Of a DNA stretch of 64,000 bases, positions 11,067 to 22,200 are shown piece by piece. The notes beneath the pieces were generated by a model, which saw only the letters and a list, made by a program, of their open reading frames with translations, made no database searches and was not told the DNA's origin. Source of the DNA: Lepidodermella squamata (Eukaryota; Animalia; Gastrotricha); the NCBI GenBank assembly GCA_047495785.1, contig JBLDXI010000015.1, positions 2,604,001 through 2,668,000 of the forward strand, read 5' to 3'. Each line of letters starts with the position of its first letter. The first letter of the stretch is position 1. A program made the translations under genes and the position numbers.

Positions 11067-11891
11067 ATGGTGGCAATAAGAGCCTTAATTTTGTTTTGCT
11101 TTCTCGGAGACAGTTACGGTATCTCTGAAGTTGTTTATCCCAGGCCCGCCGCGTTAACCGGATTCTGGCCGTATGATTCTTACTCTGGAGTAGCTGAGTA
11201 TGCTAAGGGCATTCAGACTCTTAACGACTATGGAAAGCTAGTAACAGATCTACCCGGACCTTTTGGTAAACCGGGGACATCCTATACAACTACAGACAAT
11301 GAAACTGCCTCGTTTATTCCAATCGCGACTTATTACGTAGAGGCTCATCAGTCCTTCTCAGTGTCTTTTTACTACTACTCTGGTGATGTCGAGACTAACA
11401 GTGGAATTGTCGAAATCATGGATTTGATAACTGTATCTCGATCTTCATCGAAAAGTCTCGAAATCTGGTCGCAAAATCTGACGGAAGGAATGAGATTTCT
11501 TAGGAAGATAGACGTCATCGATCCGAAAAAATGGCAATTTTTCGCAGTGACCTACAACTACAGCCTTGAAACTTTGAAAGTGTATGATCAAAAGGCGAAT
11601 CTTCTCGAAACGATTCAGATGCCGTTGAGATGGAAAAGTCCTATTGTTTTGGCGTTATTTAATGCCGGTTTAGGAATTATTGACGAAAGGAACATTCAGA
11701 TGTCCAGAAATGACGCATTGGCCTGCGTTCTCATTTACAAAGAAGAACTAACTCCAAATGAAATATCGCAACTACCAGGTGTTTGTGCTGCTGATAGAGT
11801 CCCGATGACGACAACAAGTACCAGCGGGACAAGCAGTTTCGGTCCCCGATTTATCGCTCTTTATCTCATGATTTCGCTTGCCCTTCTATAA
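11067..11891 (+). CDS. LamG/concanavalin-A-like (pentraxin-like fold) secreted, probably GPI-anchored protein, paralog 1
   Basis: Signal peptide, 'GFWP', 'FSVSFYY', 'KKWQFFAVTY', 'CVLIYKEELTPNEISQL', Ser/Thr linker and hydrophobic tail. Confidence 0.7.
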   Translation: MVAIRALILFCFLGDSYGISEVVYPRPAALTGFWPYDSYSGVAEYAKGIQTLNDYGKLVTDLPGPFGKPGTSYTTTDNETASFIPIATYYVEAHQSFSVSFYYYSGDVETNSGIVEIMDLITVSRSSSKSLEIWSQNLTEGMRFLRKIDVIDPKKWQFFAVTYNYSLETLKVYDQKANLLETIQMPLRWKSPIVLALFNAGLGIIDERNIQMSRNDALACVLIYKEELTPNEISQLPGVCAADRVPMTTTSTSGTSSFGPRFIALYLMISLALL

Positions 11892-12038
11892 TTTTATGAG
11901 ATTGATAACATATCTATGAAACTCGTGACGCAGAGCTTATCAGGAGTAAAACGGAATTTGGATTTCTGTATTTAGAATTTTTATCCCAGACTAGGAAATA
12001 CCACTTTTTCAGTTATTCAGTTCTTTTTTCTAAGAGAA

Positions 12039-12914
12039 ATGATTTTTCAATGTATTTTATTTTGCTTCTTCGCCTTGGAGCCTGTTGAGGGGGCTAAAAC
12101 GAATAGCGAAATAATTGTCCCGTTAACTAGGTCGAATTGGCCAAGGCCTAAAGCGATCGCAGGATTCTGGCCCTTGAACCGTGTGAGCGGTCTTTCAGAT
12201 GTAGTTGCCGGCTTGCAGCCCTACAGTGACTACGGACGGTTGGTTACTGAACTGCCCGGCCCATTCGGCCAATTAGCATCGTCATATTCAACACGACCAA
12301 GTTCCGAGAACAATAGAAGTGTCGAGGCGTTTGCGGCAACGCAAATTATTGTCAGTGCTAAATTCACAATATCATTCTACTACTACCCTAGTGATACTGA
12401 ATTAGAAAGTGGAATTTTGTCTGTTCCGGGTCTGATATACATCTCCAATCCTCGATCGGCACAGTCTTTACTGGAGATTTGGTCACAATTTTACAAAGGA
12501 GGTGGTGCGATTTTTCATAGGCTTGCTTCATGGGATGTCATTCAGCCGAAACAGTGGAACTTTTTCGTCTTGACATATGATTCTGAGAATGTTTTGAAGC
12601 TGCTTGATTCAACGGGATCTGTCATCACGACTGTGGGCTTGGAGCTGCCATGGAATATTAGCTCGATATTTATATCCAGTTTCCTCGCCGGTTCCGGAAG
12701 AGTGGGAGATGACGCAAGAATGGTGGCGATGACGCCGAAGGATGCGCTGGCGTGTGTTATGATCTATGAGGAAGTGTTAACCGCAGAGGAAATCAGAGAG
12801 CTGCCTAAGGTTTGCGAGCAAAGTCAAGCCACCAACTCCGCCCCTACGGCGATTATGCCTCGTACAAAACAGCTGTTAATTTCAGTCATTATTGTTTTTT
12901 ATCTTAAAATGTGA
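12039..12914 (+). CDS. LamG/concanavalin-A-like secreted, probably GPI-anchored protein, paralog 2
   Basis: Colinear with paralog 1 (GFWPL, LPGPFG, FTISFYY, WNFFVLTY, DALACVMIYEEVLTAEEI); hydrophobic C-terminus. Confidence 0.7.
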   Translation: MIFQCILFCFFALEPVEGAKTNSEIIVPLTRSNWPRPKAIAGFWPLNRVSGLSDVVAGLQPYSDYGRLVTELPGPFGQLASSYSTRPSSENNRSVEAFAATQIIVSAKFTISFYYYPSDTELESGILSVPGLIYISNPRSAQSLLEIWSQFYKGGGAIFHRLASWDVIQPKQWNFFVLTYDSENVLKLLDSTGSVITTVGLELPWNISSIFISSFLAGSGRVGDDARMVAMTPKDALACVMIYEEVLTAEEIRELPKVCEQSQATNSAPTAIMPRTKQLLISVIIVFYLKM

Positions 12915-13519
12915 TCATGTTATTGCGGTCGGGTTTTTCGCAAGCAGTCTCTGGAAATAAAGCACTTTTGGCAGAGATGCTTATTAACATTTTTAATACG
13001 TTAATAAGGATGAAACCTGTCGGGATGAAAATGTAAAAATCCCTAAATATTTTCTCAGAGTTAAACAAAATTTTAAAAAAGCTGAACGTCGGGTGTCAGG
13101 TTCAAATAATTAGAAAATTTGCAGAAAGAAAAGGTATCACCTTCGCTTTGCAGTAAGAATAATAAATACAAGTCCTTCAAGGCTGATTAGATTTGGTTAG
13201 GTATGCATGAAAGCGCGCAGACGTCAGCAGCGTAATATATTTTCACGCCCTACTCATGCCACATTTCTGTCATTCTATGAATACAAAACCCATAAAAATG
13301 TGTGAAATATAATGAGGCGGTATTATATGTGCGGCAATATAAGTATACTCTGGGTCTCCACATGACATTTTCTGGGCTGAAAATTTCGAAATGCTTGGGA
13401 CGCTGTCGGAGCTGAATCGGCGTCTTGTCCCTTGTCCCCCGGTGAGTTGTTACTTATTCTTCGCTGGTTGTACTATTCTCGGAGTTTCAGAGTTTCTTAG
13501 ACCTCGAAAATGCTGAGTC

Positions 13520-14400
13520 TCTTTCATCAAGCGGAATGGTTGCAATGGCGGCGGAACGAGGTGACAAGCTTTGGATCAAAGCATGGCGTCTTTTGGGCTC
13601 TCCTATTACTACTCCAAGCACTGAAAGTTGCCCGATAACTATCAGGCGATGGCAGAGACCGTCTCGGTTTTCAGCTTGACAAATTGTTGTTCGAGCTGAG
13701 CCTTTCTTGACTCTGTCAAAGCGTCATACCCGTCAAAGCGTCCCAAGTTGTCGTTGTAGTTGTCGTAATTCAGATATCGTTGTAGGCCGTGTGGATGTTG
13801 TTTTCGATTATGGCCTGCTGCTCGACATCTGCGTTAATCTACTTCACCAATTCTTTACTACAAATCTGAACTACTCGTGCTTCAATGTTTGGGAATTTGT
13901 GGATTCCAAAGTAATACGTTTGCTCTTTTGACTGATGCTGGATTTTTCCGTAAGGCAAATGAATCTATCGCAACAGAACAAAGCTTTTTCAGCTTTATCA
14001 TTCGTGCTGGCGAAATCCAAATGTATCTTAGAAACTAGATTTAATCTCGAGCATTTATACATTAGGGCTCCACTTCAAGCCACATTGATGTTCTGTTAAA
14101 AGAATCAGATTCATGGTAAAGGGGGCGGGAAAGGAAAAGGTTAAGGGTAGGGGTGATCAGGCTTGCATAAATGGCTGTTACTGTTTCTGCTAGAGGTTAA
14201 CGGAACGGTTGCGATGGTGTTATACTTCGCTGGTAGACTTTGGAGAAGATACTCGACTTTCTGCTGATCGTCGACGGTCTTTTCAATGATGTTGAGTTGG
14301 GCGACAAGGCCGTAAAGCCTACGAACAAGATCATTAACTGTCTCGGAGGTTCGCATTTTAAGCTCGGATAATTGTTGTTTCGGAAGCGTCGTGACGCCTC
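13520..14400 (-). mobile_element. Two degenerate Ty1/copia gag (UBN2-like) fragments in tandem
   Basis: 14141-14390 reads LKMRTSETVNDLVRRLYGLVAQLNIIEKTVDDQQKVEYLLQSLPAKYNTIAT. About 13540-13760 reads, across frameshifts, WDAL..ESRKAQLEQQFVKLKTE...GQLSVLGVVIGEPKRRHALIQSLSPRSAAIAT. No pol or LTR recognised. Confidence 0.6.
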
Positions 14401-14429
14401 AAAAGGACCTGTTAGAGCTTGAATCCGGA

Positions 14430-14512
14430 GAAAAACTGGTATTGGTCGGCTGCCGGCTGAATCGAAGTGGCCCACTTCGATTCAGCCGGCAGCCGACCAA
14501 TACCAGTTTTTC
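14430..14512. repeat. Perfect 83-bp palindrome (41-bp arms, 1-nt centre)
   Basis: GAAAAACTGGTATTGGTCGGCTGCCGGCTGAATCGAAGTGG-C-CCACTTCGATTCAGCCGGCAGCCGACCAATACCAGTTTTTC. Confidence 0.95.
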
Positions 14513-15091
14513 AGATTTGCATCAAGTTTGCCACAGTCAAATGATGACAGTCGAGCAAAAGCGGCACATGTGAAAGTCCTGATTTTCTGGTCAGGAATCT
14601 GACCCCTGAAGAGTTCGAATGACATGGAGAGTATGACTTTCTTAAAAATTGGCACCTACTGGTGGCTGTAGATGGCTATATGAAAGCCCATAGAACATAG
14701 GAGTGTCATAATCGCGCGAAGGTCGTCAAATTTTGTCTTTTCACCGCCGCGTTCGAAGCAGGCAGTTCTGACAGAGGTAATCTTCCTTCTCGGCGTTGCA
14801 TTATTAACCACCGGTTGTTCTGTATTTTGTGCCCATGCCCGCATACTTCTTGCTACACTCATGCAAATCAGTCCTCAAAACAAATTAAGCAATAAAATTA
14901 GGCGTTGTTATCTCTTGTGTTTTTTACACCGTAAAGGATGTTTCCAGGCTTCGGGAAAACCTGTTGCTCCACATGGGAAGTTGCACGGTGTTTATTCTTC
15001 CAATCAATGGCTTAATGCACGAAATATCAAATTCATGCGTACTATATGAGGAGCGTAGCAAAAAAATGTCGAATATCAACGATTCAAGAGT

Positions 15092-18034
15092 TCAGCTTTG
15101 GTCATCATGCACCAGATTGACATTGTACCACGAAAAGAAGCACGTTGTCCCGAAGGCGTTGTTAAGCCGCAGTGTAGGTTTCAACGAATAAATCGACGCA
15201 GACTCGCTAAAGGGGCTTCGATTGATCAGCAACCAATCCATTTGCGTCAGAGCCCACCAGTCGACGTAAGTTCTAGAAAACTCGTGCCAATCATCATGTT
15301 GGGTATCTTTCAGGGGCTCGTAAGCGTTAAGAGGTAAATCATCCGCATCGACTACAACGATATCTTCATTCAACATTAGATCGTCTTGTTTCTTCAAATA
15401 CCGAGCAACTTGATCCGTCCCGAATTCGCCGAGATCACTAGAGACGTAGACAATAATCCCGTGGCGTTTCCCTTCATGTAAAAACGACCGAATCAGCAAT
15501 CTTAGATGTTCGACTAAGCACAGAATTTGAGGCATCCAAAGGTCTTGGTTCAACCGGCAATCTGTGCCGTTCCAAATCATGTTCCGGCAGGCCCGAATGT
15601 GAAGCCCGATTTTAGCGGCTTTTCGCCACTTCTCACCGCCGATGCTTTTGACAACCGACTTTTCGAAGGTTTCCTTCAATTTTTGAGATCCATCGCCGAA
15701 AATAATCCTCATCGCCGCAGATTGGAGAACGGAAAAATCGGAATGAGTCATAATTTCCGGGAGCAGGCCAGGTAAACGCTCCAGGATGTTTGGGTAGAAA
15801 TTAGGATTGTTGAAAGTTTGTTTAATTACGAAGGTCGCTCGATTTGTCGTGACCTGCCAGTCTGCGAAGCTGTGGAAATTTTTCAGCGAGAAATTTCTCC
15901 GCGCAATTTCCAAGGAGAAAAAGAAGGCTTTTGCATCGTATAAATCCAACCAGGTCTGGTTTTTCGAGCTGATTTTAGAGATTGAGTCAGAGTAGAGATC
16001 AAGTGGTAGATCGTATATCGCGTTCGGGGTCCGAAAAGCAGCGGAAATATCGTGAGTTCGAGTCCAGTTGTAGTGAAAAAATCGCCCAGTTGCGAGTGAT
16101 ATGAAAAAAGAGGTAATTAGGCCACGAATTCGGTCGCCGAAACCACCGCATTGATCACCAGGTGAACAGCGATATGTAAAGAGCTGCAATCATCAAAAGA
16201 CCAATAAAATTATGAGGAAATTATTTTGAATTTCAAAATTTGAATATTGTTAAGTTTTGTTTACAAATATCAAAGGGGAATCGGGAAATCAAGCACTTGG
16301 GATTAAAATAATATAATCCCGGGAAATTTGGTCCAACCGGGTAAAATACCGAAATTGCCAAAGTTGTTAACATCGAGGTTTCCGGGTTTTTAATATCTTT
16401 GGTAAATTCGTGGACGAATTAGGATGGAAGATTCCCCCGATAGTTTTAATTTCATAAAATTACTTGCCAAATAAAATGTGGCTGTGAAATTAATAGGACT
16501 TGGGTGTAGGAATAAAAAAATAATAGGAAAATGTCCTAAATTCAGAGCCCTTAGCTTTGTGTTTTAAATATGTATGCCTATTCTCAAAGCAATAATCTCA
16601 CAATTTATATTGAATTTAAAAATTAAATGCTGAATATCGAAATTAAAAGAAAATTTAAATGATTTTGACTAAATTAAATTTCAGTATAAAATCGATAATC
16701 GATAATCGATAATCTGAGGACATCAAGCTTACTTTCAGCTTGGACGCGGTTTCAGGATTTCTCAGTTGTTCAGCCATCGGTTTGAAATAATTTGCTTTCA
16801 ACATTTCCATGACCGGGCCGACTTTCTTCTCCCGCCGCCAGAAGTACTCCGAATCGTACCACTCCTTCAACGGCGTTCGAACTTCGCCCTCTCCAACTAT
16901 AACATAGCCAACCGTGTTCAAAACAGACGACGGCACAAATCGATACGTAATTTTCGCCGGTTTCGCAACTTCAACACCAGTCTCAAGTGGCACCATATAT
17001 TCAGGCCCAAGCAGCGTGACACGCTCATTCATCATAAATTTGTTGAAAAGCTGATGAAATTCCGGCCGATTCCTAGAATACATCTCCTCATCCTTACAAT
17101 TCGAGACAATTTTCCTGCAAAAAGTTTCGATAACCCCCGTTTTTCCAGCGAAAAATTCCGAAGCGTAGTAGTGATCAGCCTCACTGCCATGGGGCACATA
17201 GGCACAGGAGCCTGGTCTTCGGTCGTAAGGCCATAAGCTGCGCTTCTCCTTAGGAAACAGGGTCGAATCGTCGTAGATAGGGTGTCTAATCACCACGTGA
17301 TCTCCTATCAGCAACTCCTCCGTTAAATTGACCTTTTGCGCGAAACTGACCCGCGCATCGAACGATATCACGTGACTAAATAAGGTCGCGTCAAAAAATC
17401 GATATTTATCAGCGTAGTCCAGATAAGTCCGGCACGGGTTAACCTCGCCATGCAAAATGACAGCCGGAATAGGAATGACGTCACGTGACGAGAAGGTCGC
17501 AGCTTGTTGCTCGTTCATGTATTGGTCCATGACGAAATAAACGACATGTCTCGCCTCGCCGCGGTAAAAATCGGACGTATTCTGCTTACCTTGCGACGTT
17601 AACAGCGCGTTCCACTCGACTGACCCCACCAAATAATCGCGACTTGACCTGACAACATCCAGCGCTTGATTAACGCGGTTATTCATGATTATCACCGCGA
17701 CGTTGTTTCCACCATTTTTCGGCAATTTCTCGCGCCAATCAGGCAGCGGCGGCGGGCCGTTATCACCGGTGTATTGCCGATATTTGTTGACTGTAACAAC
17801 TGTGAGGAGGGCGATGAAAATGAGAAAAATTAAGGCGGCTGTTGCGAGTTGAAGCCGCGATCGTCGTTGCACTTGCATTTTCGTGTACGCGCCAATTGCG
17901 GCGAAAAATCGCGTTGTAGCGGCTGTTATTGTTCGTGATGATGATCTCAGCTTGCTGCCGCCGCCGCGGCAGTCTGTGTAACACCGGCCGTTTAACATGT
18001 TAACGCGGACGTTGAACAGCCGAAATGTGAACAT
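15092..18034 (-). CDS. GT6-like + fucosyltransferase fusion protein, paralog 2 (exons 18034-16733, 16183-15092; about 797 aa)
   Basis: Type II TM anchor. GT6-like 'RHPIY...WPYDRRPGSCAYVP...HYYASEFFAG' and 'LLGPEYM'. Phase-0 intron GTAAGC...TTGCAG joins it to 'CGGFGDRIRGL', 'KIGLHIR', 'YVSSD' and 'DWWALTQMDWLLINRSPFS'. Same domain order as the intron-less paralog at 7122-9077. Confidence 0.8.
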
Positions 18035-19294
18035 TTGTGATGAATTGGCGGTTCAGGCTATATTCACATGTCCTTTCTATACCTAGGTACAACTATTAGA
18101 AATTTTAGGTGTATATTGTTTAGGATTGTGCTGTTATAGGTATACGCGTATTGTTTAGCTCAGTGTGAAGTTAACGTAATATAAATCCTGCTTACATATA
18201 CCGTATATACACGGATCGTTAAAGTACTCGAGTTCTGACTGAATGGTTTGTCATTGTTTACTCACGCTAATGCGTCGCGCGAATAAAATACTAATTTTGA
18301 GAATATGTCTCGAGCAAATAAATAATTATTTGATTATTCCAAAAAAACTGGGGGAAGTTAAACATACTTCTTTCTCCGGTCGTCTGAATAGTAACCGAGA
18401 ATCCTATACTATAAGAGATGTCATGCTAATATTAAGGAATAGGAACTATTTTTCCCTAATTTTCGAGAGCCAAATTTTGAAAAAAATCCTAATTTAAATT
18501 GAACCTAACTATAAAATGAATAGATAATTTAATGATTTATACAAATATTAAAATTAAAAATATTCTGTTTTCCTAAGAGTAGTCTAATATATAATTACAG
18601 AAAAACAAGATTTAGGAAGTATAAGTTGAGAGCTAATTATTCTGATCTTATTCATGAAAATATATATAAAAAACTTGACGAAATGGGAATAAAAAATGTA
18701 GTCCAATCAGGTAAAATACCAAAAGTTACCGAACCATTGACAATAGGGATTTTTCAGAAATTCCCCAGTGAAATTGCTGATAAAGAATGATCCAAATTAG
18801 AGAAATTTTTGGATAAAAAATGGTTAGAAAAAATGAGAAGAAAGATGCACCGACCTGATCATATAAGTCTCTTTTTATGACCTTGCCTACTTCAGCATGA
18901 AATAAAGAGTGGTCGAGCTCTCAAAAAGCGCAATAATATTCTACCAAGTTATATATCGCAGCAGAATACCGATGCTGAGTGACCTCAGCAGACCTTAGGT
19001 CACATTATTCATTTTCTGACGCTGCTGTTATTAAAACACTGCGGTGAAAAAATTCGACGAAATTCCCAAACGAAAATTTTAATTTTAAGCTGCTTAGCTG
19101 TTCCGCGTCTCATTTAGTCAAAAAATCGAGGAATTTAATTACAAAAAATTTAGGCAATCATATCTATCGGCATTACAAGGACATTTTATCTGTAGTAACT
19201 TTACAAAAAATCAGCACGGTTTTACAAAATGAAAAAAAACAGGGACGTGAGCACATCTCAATTTTCAGTTGTTTAGGTGTTACATTATTCAATA

Positions 19295-22200
19295 TCAACA
19301 GCGAACAGGCGTGTTTTGGAGCGATAGGATGAAATCGATCAGGTTTTGTTCTTCCAAAAGAACCCTTTCAGCCTCGCGGCGGACGTATTTCCGCCAGTAG
19401 ACGTTGGTTCGGATTTTTTCCATGACCAAATTTTTCGGGCGTTCCCCAGTACCGAAACTGCCGTACGATTTCGCGAACATTTCGTACTCCTTGTACTGCG
19501 AGGGCGTGTTAAAATATTCGGCGATTCCAACAAACCAACGCATGACATTACGAGTTGGGCCTCCGAAGCTATATTGGAAAACATCAAAAAATTAATTGTT
19601 TTTTACAATGTAATCAAATCCTATCCGATAATCAATAATCTAAGCTAAAATCTTACTAAGGTTTGAGCTGGTCGAAATTCTCCCGGGCCCAATTCCACAT
19701 CAATTGCCGACTCTCCGGATTGTAGGCAGCATAGTTAGCTATACTCAGGAAATCAGGTGCTCGCAACTTGCCATGGAAAATCTTTTCAAGCTCCCTGGGA
19801 AAAATTCGAAATCGAAAATTTATTGATTTATCGGTCTCATAATACTTCACCTGATGACTATCCAATTATTGCTAGTTTTCATGACAGCAGAGTAGATTGA
19901 GTTTCGCATCGTCTTCAGGCTCGTTCTATTCGCCATGCCGAGTAGGGTGTCGATGGTCGTCTCAGTATCATCTGCCAAAACAACGGAGAGAAGAATCGGG
20001 CCACGAATGCCGACATTTTTCGGGTCTTCCCACGTGCTCTGGCGGTAGTACTCGTAGTAGCATTTGATTTCCTCTGGACGGCGGTAGACCAGGCTCATCT
20101 CTGCCAATGTAGATAGAGTAACCCTATCAGAAATAATTTGGCAAATTTTCCGAGAGATTTAGTTCAATCCTCTTACGCTTTATTTGGATGGGAGTCAGGT
20201 AGAGCCAGAGCCTCTAGACGAGCTGATCGTAAGATTCCAACAATTAATTTCTGTAACAAGAGACATAAAAAGTCCCATGTTAAAATATATAATTTTTTCT
20301 TTTTTTTTTACCTCAAATTGTCCATACGCGGCAGAGTCGGCGAGTGCGTAGCGCAAGTAGGTCACGTGGCCGTAAAACGCGTTCCACACAATGCGGTGCG
20401 TTTCTTTAGCCATAAAGCGGATCAGATTGAAGGAGACTTCATAAGAAAGCCGGCCAGCTTTAGACAACTCAAAAGCATCGTCGATTAGACCGGCACGATC
20501 AACGGGGCTGAATGAATTCTAGCGAAATTCGGTAATCGGTAAAAACAAGAAAATAATTCAGTTGTCATTTCATTAAAAAATTAAATAAAATAAATAGTTC
20601 ATTGAAAAATTGAGGGCAAAACGTGTCATCTAAGTGTTCACTCAAAATGTTGGCCTCTGGAATTCTTGTACGGAATCTTGTAGATCAACTTCGAAAAGGC
20701 CTGGAAGTGGATTTTCGAAGTACCATAAGCCATAAGCCTTATAGTATATATTTTTTGGAAATTCTTGAAAATACTTCCCTTCTTTGGACTTCGGATAGAA
20801 CCCTTTTCCCTTTCATGGAACAAGTTATTTGCGGAAAACCAGAAATAATGAAGATTTTGATAAGTTAAAAATTCTTACAATGTCGTTATCGAGTAATTCG
20901 ACGAATTTCAGCCATGACCGGTGCGGATAATTCACGCGAATATAAGCAGGCTGGCCGACATTAATTTTCAACCCTTCAAATTCACCATTTCCAACAGCGA
21001 TCGAAAACGGCAATCCATCTGAAAAATATCATTGAAATTTTCTAAATTTTAGAAATGCCTTTTACTTGGAGGAAACCATTCCGTAGATGTGTTGGCATTG
21101 CCTTGCCGCCGGAAAACGATAGGTATGTACCACTGAGCTGGTGGTTGAGGTTCGCCAACTTTTCTCAGCGCCTCAACATCATTTTTGGCATAATATTGCG
21201 GCAAAATAAATCGCTCCTGGCGCAGAATCAACTTGCTCTCAGCCTGAGAAAATTCAACAGTGACAAGGGGGTAACCCTTCTGCTCAACCCAGGTGCTCAT
21301 CGCCGCTGCGATGTCAATCTGGCTGAACTGGGCCAACGACTGCCACAAATCCGTCGTCTTCGCGTTTTTGTACTGAAACTTCTTCATGTAAGCACGAGCT
21401 CCGTCGCGGAAATTGGTCATGCCCATGGCGTAGGTCAGCATGCGAATGATAGACGACCCCTTAAGATAGGTGACCCCGTCAAAGGCCGCGCTGATATCGT
21501 CGCCTGTTTTCAGGTTAAACGCTCGAATGGCTCGGGTAGATTCGCTGCCGTCGTCGCGCATTGCGTAGAGGAAATCTTCGTATTCATCGGCGTTTTGGAG
21601 ACGGTTGATCGACCAGCTGGCGGGGAATTCCATGAAGGACGCGAAGCCTTCGTTCAGCCACAGGTCATCCCACCACGACATGGTGACAAGATTGCCGAAC
21701 CACATGTGTGCGAGCTCATGCATTATCACAGAATTTACGCGATCTTTAGCCGCTTCAGTGCTTTCAGCCGAAACCAACAGGGCTGTAAAATCAGGAAAAA
21801 TAAAGTGTACTACTCCTGCATTTAAGAAAATATAGCTAACCTTCTTCTCTGAAAGTGATTAGGCCCCAATTCTCCATAGCACTTGACCTGAATTCGGGCA
21901 AAGCGACCATATCGAGCTTAGGCAACGGGTAATCGACGCCGAAGAAGTCCTGTAACCACTCCATGCCTCGAACAGCAGTATCCAAGGCGTAGGCTGTTTG
22001 TGACACCAGATGATCCGGCACATAGACGCAAATCGGCAAATCAAAGCTGGTCTTGCTGCAGTTTGCTATCGGCTGGTACGGTCCGATTACCATGGCAACG
22101 AGGTAGGTGCTCATCGGGACATTCGTCCACTTGAATCGCGAGATAATGTTCAGGTCAGCCTCGTCGGAATTTCGCCGCGACTCGATGGGCATGTTGGAAA

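Noticed and set aside
21055-21825. 256-aa plus-strand ORF
   Set aside because: Antisense shadow of the aminopeptidase catalytic exon; broken in the paralog.
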